Source: Bacteroidota bacterium
GTDB taxonomy: Bacteria > Bacteroidota > Bacteroidia > Chitinophagales > Chitinophagaceae
Assembly (NCBI GenBank): GCA_018267615.1
Contig: JAFDYD010000019.1
Coordinates: 29,327 to 93,326, forward strand
Reading direction: 5' to 3'
Length of the DNA: 64,000 bases
In this document: piece by piece, positions 17,743 through 25,900 of the stretch
Layout: each line of letters begins with the position of its first letter
Numbering within the stretch: position 1 is the stretch's first letter
The notes under the pieces: model-generated
Databases searched by the model: none
The model's input: the letters and a program-made list of their open reading frames with translations, nothing else
Told to the model about the DNA's origin: nothing
Translations under genes and position numbers: made by a program

Positions 17743-20025
17743 TCAGTGCAATGTAAATATGTCGACCACCGAACTAACACTTCCACTAATCAGAGCCCCT
17801 CCACCAAACAACGCCTTATTACCGGATGATGCGGCAGCCAATCCTCTTCTTTTCGAACTCAACTGCGCTGTCGTCCATGTTCCGGTGTCGGTATCATAAA
17901 CGTCTACTGTTTGAGAATAAGATACACTGCCCTCATCACCTCCGCCAAAAAGAACTTTGTTGCCAATTGCTGTTGCAGCAAGCATTGTTCTTTTCGTACT
18001 CAGATGAGCAACCGACCAGGTATTGGCAGATACATCGTAAATATCTACCGTGCTTGAAAAATAATTACTGTTAATGATAGCGGAATTAGTTTGTCCGCCT
18101 GCAAAAAATATCTTCCCGCCTGCCGCGGTTGCGGTAAGATTATATCTGGCTTCACTCAACTGCGCAGTCTGCCATGAATCGGTGAGTACGTCGTAAATAT
18201 CTACCGTTGCGGTAGGCAAGGCATCCGGTGAAGCCGCCTTCAACCCGCCAGCAAAAACGATCTTATTACCCATCGCCGCGGCTGCAAGATATCCGCGGCG
18301 TTCGCTTAGCTGACTAGTTGTCCAAGTGCCCGATGTTGTATTGTATATATCCACCACATTGGAAAAAATATTTCCACTGTTCGAATAATAAATATCACCA
18401 CCTCCAAAAAGTATTTTATCACCTGCTCCAGCGCCTGCCAAAAAATCTCTCGCCTCACTCAATTGAGCACTGCTCCATGTTCCAGATAAAGCATTATAAA
18501 TATCCACTGTTTTGCTATACAGGCTACCACTGGCGCCGTTGTTGCGCCCTCCGGCAAATAGTATCATATTACCTGCGGCCGCACCTGCAAGATCCGATTT
18601 CTCCTCAGTGAGTTGATGGCTTGTCCAACTTCCCGTATTCACATCATAAATATCCGCCGTCTTTGAAAAAAAAGAACCTCCATTTACTAAACCACCGGCA
18701 AAAACAATTTTCCCTGCCGATGCCGCTGCAGCTAACGCTTCTTTAGATTCCGATATCGACGTACTGCCACTGAGGCCTACTGCACCGGCCGAGGCGCCAA
18801 GGTATTTTATTGTAGTGCCGCCACTTATCAGATTCCCCACCTGAACAAAAATCGAAACATCTGTATTCGAAGGAATCGAATATGGCGGCATTATAACAAC
18901 GATCTTTTGATTAGTCCAGGACAAGATTTGAGGATCTGCTTGCGTAACTCCTAAATATATCAATGCTATTGACGAGGGCAACGTCCTGTCGCCAAAGAAC
19001 AGACCGGTGAATGTAACAGTATCACTACCTCCGAAAGTGTAACCTCCTTTACTCGATTGAATATTGTCGACGCGTGGAATGATCTGCATACGATAAGGAT
19101 CACTCGGTACGTCATTCACGCGAACTACTACCTGTGCAAAATTAGAATCACGAGGAATATTCGTCTCAAACGTACTGTCTGTATTAATCAGTAACTGGTT
19201 ACCATCCGGTGTAAAAATGGAGTTTGGATAGGTAGAAATAATTCCGTCCCGCACGATATGATCTGGTTTTACAGATACGCCGTTAACATAGAGTTTAATG
19301 CTGCTGTCTTGCGGAGGAAAAGGTTCGAAATTGACAGAATAACCTCCCTCATTCCAACCGTGCCCAACTTTGGTGATTACCGGCTTTACCGATTTAGTAT
19401 AACTGAACTGAACGCCGTTCGAAGTTTTTCCACTAACCATCACCGTTACTACAACAGTAGCTTCGGCTTGATTAGTTGCATCTGGCGCTGAAACAATGAT
19501 CAGCGTATCGGAAAATTTTTTGATTGTAGCGGGCTTCGTTCCAAAATTGACTTTTACAGAATCCTGGTTCTGCCCGAAACCGACTCCTCGAATGGCTACG
19601 GTTGTATCGACCCATCCGAAGGAAGGAGAAATGCTATTAATGCTGATTGCTTTTTCATCATAAGTAAATAGCGGACCTTCCGCTTCTTGGTTGTTTACAG
19701 ATATGTGGACATGCCCTGTTCCTGTGTTAGAATTGATCGTAGCCAATACAACTGTGCTCGTAGAAGGGGAATCTATTTGTACCAGTACACCATTTACACT
19801 CACCTTATTCTGAAACGCATGATTGGAAAAGCCGGTTCCATATAGTCTTATCTGTGTTCCTGTTCGCCCAGTCGAGGGCGCAATGCTATCAATAACCGGA
19901 TTATCCGGCGGCTCCTGGAAAACATTCACCTTCGCACAGGTTGATATCAACACAGAAAAAAGAATTCCAACGACAACATTTCCGCACCATCGCAGCATGT
20001 TCTGATTGATATATGAATCATTCAT
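17743..20025 (-). CDS. Putative lipoprotein: IPT/TIG domains + seven kelch-like repeats
   Basis: Hydrophobic stretch ending VLISTC (near-lipobox); PVIDSIAP..GT.I..G.GF IPT units; 7 x (LAAAA.GNK..F.GG...VDIY...W) at 17743-18753; true start may be MLRWC (19998). Confidence 0.8.
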   Translation of the reverse strand: MNDSYINQNMLRWCGNVVVGILFSVLISTCAKVNVFQEPPDNPVIDSIAPSTGRTGTQIRLYGTGFSNHAFQNKVSVNGVLVQIDSPSTSTVVLATINSNTGTGHVHISVNNQEAEGPLFTYDEKAISINSISPSFGWVDTTVAIRGVGFGQNQDSVKVNFGTKPATIKKFSDTLIIVSAPDATNQAEATVVVTVMVSGKTSNGVQFSYTKSVKPVITKVGHGWNEGGYSVNFEPFPPQDSSIKLYVNGVSVKPDHIVRDGIISTYPNSIFTPDGNQLLINTDSTFETNIPRDSNFAQVVVRVNDVPSDPYRMQIIPRVDNIQSSKGGYTFGGSDTVTFTGLFFGDRTLPSSIALIYLGVTQADPQILSWTNQKIVVIMPPYSIPSNTDVSIFVQVGNLISGGTTIKYLGASAGAVGLSGSTSISESKEALAAAASAGKIVFAGGLVNGGSFFSKTADIYDVNTGSWTSHQLTEEKSDLAGAAAGNMILFAGGRNNGASGSLYSKTVDIYNALSGTWSSAQLSEARDFLAGAGAGDKILFGGGDIYYSNSGNIFSNVVDIYNTTSGTWTTSQLSERRGYLAAAAMGNKIVFAGGLKAASPDALPTATVDIYDVLTDSWQTAQLSEARYNLTATAAGGKIFFAGGQTNSAIINSNYFSSTVDIYDVSANTWSVAHLSTKRTMLAATAIGNKVLFGGGDEGSVSYSQTVDVYDTDTGTWTTAQLSSKRRGLAAASSGNKALFGGGALISGSVSSVVDIFTLH

Positions 20026-20079
20026 AAAAAAAATTTATCAGGCATTTGATTATTGGCATCTCCCTAATGAAACGCCACA

Positions 20080-22302
20080 CTATTTTCCAATAGCAACTCC
20101 TTTTCTTTCGTATTTGACAATTTGTGAATTCACCAAGACCGATGCGCCACCGTCGCTCGTTACTGCTTTAATTGCATATTGATAATTTCCTTCTCCAGGA
20201 AGAGTATTATCGATGAATTCATTTTTATCTGCTGCGACACTTCTGTACATCTCGAGTCCATTATTGTTGTAGTTCCTGTATACAATGAAGCGCATATGCG
20301 TTTTGTCCACCGAATTATATTTCCATGTCAAATGAATTTCACGATTGTCTGTTATGTCCACTTTGAGTTCATCCACAGCGGGTCGCTTACCACTGTCGTA
20401 TATACGTGCACGTAAGGGAAATGAACGTTCAGAAGACAAACCCGAAGAATCGACGGCAGTCAGAGAATAATCATATTCTTTCAATCGCACAATATTGCGA
20501 TCGACGTAAATTGAAGTATCTTTTTTCAAGGAATCCAGCGACTTCCAGACGCTATCATTTTTCTCTTTTCTCCAAATTACCTGCCTCGCGACATCCTCAC
20601 TACTGCTGCGCGCCCACTGCAATACCACGCTGCTATCCGTTATTAAAAAGTGATTGATAACAGGTGCTACAGGTGGAACGATATCAGGCTTTGTCAATTC
20701 AATAATTTTAGAATACGCGCTCGGGTTTCCTGCTTTATCGAATGCACATATCCGGTAATAAATATGACGGGTTAGTGTTTTGATGCTAATCGTATCCGTA
20801 AATAAAGTATCCGTGAGGAATTTACTGTTCAATATATAAAATGCATGTGTGGGATTGTTAGATGCATATACATTGTAACCTTGCAGATCCATTTCTTTGT
20901 TCCATCGCCAATGCAAACGAACGACTCCTGCAGTATCAATGCTTCCTGCTAAACCCACCGGCATTGCCGGCGCGATGCTATCCACAATCATCGCATACGC
21001 CGGCATGGAACGCGATGCATTTCCCGCTGTGTCGATCGCTGCAACGATGTAAAAATTTTTATCCCAGGTGACGGCAAAACGATCGACATAACTTTGTGCC
21101 GTGGCCGGAAGCAACACAGTATCGAGCGGAAAAAAAGGACCGTTGACGGAACTTCCACGTCCCACTAAAAATCCAGCGAGATCTTTTTCCTTTGCGGATT
21201 TTTGCCAGCTAATTTTCACTTCACTGCCTTTTGTATTTTCCGCTTTTACATTGAATGGACTTCCCGGACTCGTTTTATCTGCTCCTGCAATTTTTACGGG
21301 AGAAGAAGGGTTGCTGATTTCACCAAATGCAGTCACGCCTCTGACCCGATACACATACAACTTATAATTTTGTGGAATGCTGTCAGTGTAATGCATCCAA
21401 TCTCTTCTTTCCTTATCATTGCCTCCACCATCGATATATGGCAATGTATTTAAACGACGAAAAGATTTTCCATTATCATCCGAACGCTCGAGATAATAAC
21501 AAGTGAATTGATGAACAGCCGCAACCTTGTTCCAATACAACGTAATTGTCTTATCCCACGGCATCGCAAACACAGGCAGCATATCCGGAAGTTTATATGA
21601 TTGTTTGGTGGAAACCAAAACCGAAACAGTGTCCGCAGCCAATTGGCCGAGTGCAGGAGAAATAATTAAGTAGTAGTACAATTTATCTTTTTCAATCGTT
21701 TTATCTTCCCAACTCCACGCCATTCCTGTTGCGATTTCAGGATGCAGATCGGAATTGAGTAATGCAATCCCTAAACGATTTTCCATGTCCGCATACTTCG
21801 TATATGCTTCTCCCCAATTGAACTTTCCATTTTGCTTACCAGATGTTTCAAACTTCTTTCCATACAGTACTTCAGCAGCGATAGCCGCCGCAGTATCTTC
21901 TGGAGGAAATTGTTTTTTCCATTGATCGAGTGGAAATGGTTTTAATGGAGAGGTTGTCAACTGCGTTGAATGCGTAAGCGGATCGCTGCTTTTGGAATCC
22001 ACTTCAAATCGATACAATTGATAACCTGATTCATTGGTTTTATCCCACGCAGCAGCGTTCTTCGGAGCCCATCGTAGTATTACGGAAGAACCAAAATATT
22101 TTCCCATCGCGATCAACTTTTTCATATTGATAAGACTGTCTCTTCCGGAAACTACACTCGTTGTTTTCTCATTTTTTTCTTCTTTCGCTTTTTTCTTCCG
22201 CTGCGTGTTTCCATGCTGAATGAAACAAAAAAGAAAAATGATACAGGCAATCATCCTGCACAACCACATTTTTCTCAATATGAAAAGAGATATACGTTTC
22301 AT
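20080..22302 (-). CDS. Secreted protein with five fibronectin type III-like repeats
   Basis: Signal peptide; repeated P......V.L.W ... Y.Y.V.A..G..S units. Confidence 0.8.
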   Translation of the reverse strand: MKRISLFILRKMWLCRMIACIIFLFCFIQHGNTQRKKKAKEEKNEKTTSVVSGRDSLINMKKLIAMGKYFGSSVILRWAPKNAAAWDKTNESGYQLYRFEVDSKSSDPLTHSTQLTTSPLKPFPLDQWKKQFPPEDTAAAIAAEVLYGKKFETSGKQNGKFNWGEAYTKYADMENRLGIALLNSDLHPEIATGMAWSWEDKTIEKDKLYYYLIISPALGQLAADTVSVLVSTKQSYKLPDMLPVFAMPWDKTITLYWNKVAAVHQFTCYYLERSDDNGKSFRRLNTLPYIDGGGNDKERRDWMHYTDSIPQNYKLYVYRVRGVTAFGEISNPSSPVKIAGADKTSPGSPFNVKAENTKGSEVKISWQKSAKEKDLAGFLVGRGSSVNGPFFPLDTVLLPATAQSYVDRFAVTWDKNFYIVAAIDTAGNASRSMPAYAMIVDSIAPAMPVGLAGSIDTAGVVRLHWRWNKEMDLQGYNVYASNNPTHAFYILNSKFLTDTLFTDTISIKTLTRHIYYRICAFDKAGNPSAYSKIIELTKPDIVPPVAPVINHFLITDSSVVLQWARSSSEDVARQVIWRKEKNDSVWKSLDSLKKDTSIYVDRNIVRLKEYDYSLTAVDSSGLSSERSFPLRARIYDSGKRPAVDELKVDITDNREIHLTWKYNSVDKTHMRFIVYRNYNNNGLEMYRSVAADKNEFIDNTLPGEGNYQYAIKAVTSDGGASVLVNSQIVKYERKGVAIGK

Positions 22303-22312
22303 AATTTGGCAA

Positions 22313-22975
22313 TTAAAATTTCAACGGAACTTCGATATTAAAAGATGAAACCGTCGGTGTATATGCATTGAATTGAACAGCTGCGCCGTTGATGATTTGC
22401 AGCGGTGGAAAATGCACGGGCGTTTGATCATTCGCGCGCACAACCATCGTGGATCTTTTTGTACCATAATTTTGGAATTGGACAAAACTCGCGTCACTCT
22501 GGATATACGCAGAAGCTGCTATTGCCAGTGCGATATCGAGAGGCGTTCCTGACAGGTATAAACTCTGCGCAGCGGTTTTGTAATCGAAATAACCACTCCA
22601 CCATGCTAACGCCGACTGGTATGCGAAAGTCAGATTCTTGTCGTTTGGTGGTGGAAGTGTAATGATCGGACTACTCGCTTTTACAGGTGTTGTAATAGAT
22701 ATTGCCGGCGGCGGAATAGTAACCGCAGCGTAATTAATGGATGAAGTAGGTGCAGTGCTTGTTATAGCCGATCCATTTAGTGCAGCCATTGCGCCCGAGT
22801 TGGAAAGTTTGAACTGAGCAAAAGCAGGGACCACTTCAATCAAACAACATATAAGCAACAAACAAACGCACCTCCACATCGGATAATATTTTCGTGTGTA
22901 CGTTGCCGTTATTACCTGTTCTGAAAAATTCAGTTTACCAATATTCATCGTGATATGTTTTGAATATTTAATCAT
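22313..22975 (-). CDS. Hypothetical secreted protein with Ser/Thr/Pro-rich linker
   Basis: In-operon ORF, ATGA overlap with the 1881-aa gene; signal-like MWRCVCLLLICCLIEVVPAFA suggests a later start (about 22879). Confidence 0.65.
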   Translation of the reverse strand: MIKYSKHITMNIGKLNFSEQVITATYTRKYYPMWRCVCLLLICCLIEVVPAFAQFKLSNSGAMAALNGSAITSTAPTSSINYAAVTIPPPAISITTPVKASSPIITLPPPNDKNLTFAYQSALAWWSGYFDYKTAAQSLYLSGTPLDIALAIAASAYIQSDASFVQFQNYGTKRSTMVVRANDQTPVHFPPLQIINGAAVQFNAYTPTVSSFNIEVPLKF

Positions 22976-25900
22976 GGCTGGATTTTGACACTTGTTGCTG
23001 AAATTTTAACCGGAGACGACGGTTGCGTCGATGTTTTCACCGCACTGAGATTGGGCGTGGTCAGGATACTATGATTGCCCAACAATACATAAGGAATTTC
23101 ATTCGACTGCAATGGTGGATCATATCCTGTTACCATGAATGGTTCCCTTCCTCTCACATATGCACGATTCACCGTGAATGTATTGCTGGTGTTGCCGGAA
23201 GGACTGTTCAGTTCCCACAGACTATTGTAAGAAACCATCGGATCAAACTGACTCATTTGTTTGTAGTTTGTTACCAGCGGTGCGATGACGCCCAGCATCC
23301 ATGGGTTATCACCATATTTTTCGTCGAGATTTACAAGTGGCGGAATAATCCAGTCATTCGATCCATTCCCCGAACCATCATATGCACAACCGTTAGCATC
23401 ATACACATCCAAACCTTCAAGCATCGATACCTGGAAGAAAGGCATCAGCAGGTTCCAACTCACGCCGCCAGTTTGATAAGCGCCACCCATTTTATCTTGC
23501 AGTGTTTTAAACCGGCTCGTTCTGAAGAAATAATCGTAGATCTCAATATCATCGGGCTTACTGAGTGAAGCAGTAGCGTCTGCTGCAAAATTTTTCAGCA
23601 CCACATAATTCGTCTTAGCTCCGTTGGATGGATCATTCAAATATTGGTTGCGCGTAGTAACAAGCGGAGAATTCGCGCCCATTCTCAACTGATCGATATA
23701 TTGCGTGAGATCAGCACCTGTTTTTTTGTAAATAGGTCTTTTTACAATTCTCAATTTGTAAACCGTTGCAGGCGACAATTGCGGAATATCAAAATTGAGA
23801 TACTTGCCTTGCTGCGTAACAGGTTCTTCAAAATTATCTTTCGTCGAAATAAATTGTATAAACAAATCATAACCGGTTACTACAGTAGACTGAAACGCCG
23901 TTCTTAAATTGGAGCCCGTTGAAGCAGGAGGATCCTGCATGCATGGAATATCGCGCACTAACTGTATATATCCATGTGCACGCTGACCCGGCAAAAAATA
24001 ACGTTGATTGGTAAATGGATAATTCGCACATACAGCCGGGCCACCAATTGTGTGCCCGAGTATATCGAGCCCCATCGACACACTTTCATCCAATCGCGTA
24101 ATACAACCACCAGTCATAAATGAAACCGTTGTATCCTGTATGCGGGACTCAGTTACCTCTTGCCAATTTCCGTTGGCATCACGCTGAAATCCGTACACTG
24201 TTAATTTAACAAGATGTTTCGCCGATGGATCAAAAGCATTTTGCCATCCATACAACAACGCATTGTGATAAACTGCCTGGATGGAAGCGCCTCCTTCAGT
24301 ATATACCGATCCATCTTCGTTCATATAACCAGTATATGTATACGCTTTTCCACCCACTTCACTCACACTAAGTTTTTTCACGATAACCAGCAAAGTCTTC
24401 TGCACATTTTTACCGGTGTTGTCATCTTTTACTGTCACCGAAAATTCCTGGTTGACGGGGAAATTGAAAGCCACATTGATGTTGCTCATGATGCTGATAT
24501 TCGCAGCTCCATCTCCGGGGAAAATAGCGCTTACCAGCGGCAAACCACCAAATGGATTCGCACTGAGTTTACACCCGCCTTCATCCGCGCTTGAATATTT
24601 AACATGAAAGTTCATGTGTCCGCTGATCAATCCATCGAGCACGCTGTAATCTGATTCGAGCCATCCATCAAATACAAATGGATTTGGAAAACCGGCTTGC
24701 AGTGTTGCTTTGAAACCGACCTCCGCCACGCTGATTTTGCCTTTATAAAACCACACATCTACTACGAGGCCAAATGCAAATGAACCGCTCGCGTAGAGAT
24801 CTCCAAATGCATAATATCCATCAAGCCCAAGTAAATCTCCATTATCGCATTTGCGTGCGTCTTTGATCAATGCGAGATCAAATCCCAATCCTGCTTTTAG
24901 TTCCAGGTAAAATATAAGAAACTCAAGATTCAAATCTGCGGCAGCACTCGCTCCTAACAATACACCTGCAACAGTCGGAATTGTTTTTGTTTGTTGTGTG
25001 ACAGGATCCGTATATGAATCCGTACTCATAATTTTTCCGGTGACTTCGTCGTATATAGATTGCAGACTGGCAGGCAGTCGCAAAACATTTCCTACATTCT
25101 GATAAGTTTTGAAATCGAACTTGAGTAGACCTAAAGTTGACAACGTTAAATTAACGCGGTGGTCCGCGGGCTCGGGCTCTCCAATTTTAAAATACCAATC
25201 ACCCGTATTAAAATTGGTGAGTATGCCGAGCATCCCGTTTCCTTTTATAAAACCACCAGGTAGGTTGATATTCATATTAATTCCCGCAGTGAATTCGTTC
25301 TGCGAAAAATCATATTGAATAAATCCGTCGCCACGAACCATCGCTGATTCTATTTCGCCGAGTTTTGTGTACAAGCCTGCATCTATATTGATTGCAAGTT
25401 TATGCAAGGCCAAAGTCTGTTGATCTATCTCAACACTCAACGTCCCCATTCCTACAAAAACGTTTCCATCGGTTGTTCCCAAAGTGACGCTTCCTTTAAA
25501 TCCGGTTACACCTGCAGCAGGTTTATACATCGACATCGGATCTACAGACGTAATATATTTCGTTACCATCGGCTCCTGGTTTAGCGTCATGTTGTAATAT
25601 ACGCCGCCGCCAAATCCAAATATGCTCAATGGTACGATGCCGCCACCAATAGGAATTCCTGGCGGTGGTAAATTGAAACTTGCGCCGACAAAAAAATAAT
25701 TGAAACTTTTTTTACCAAAAAGTGCGCTTGCTTTCACAGAGAATCCAGGAGGAAAAGTGGCATCCTGCAACACACCATCCACGCCATTTCCCCATTGCGG
25801 ATTATCATCAAAAAATCTTACAAAACCATGAACATGCACAGGGCCAACCCATCCCTCCAAGCCAATTTCATCTACATGCACTTGAGGGAGGCGCGCTTTC

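Noticed and set aside
17743-18753. Periodic DNA similarity resembling a repeat array or CRISPR
   Set aside because: Fully explained by in-frame kelch-like protein repeats; no identical repeats with unique spacers, no cas genes
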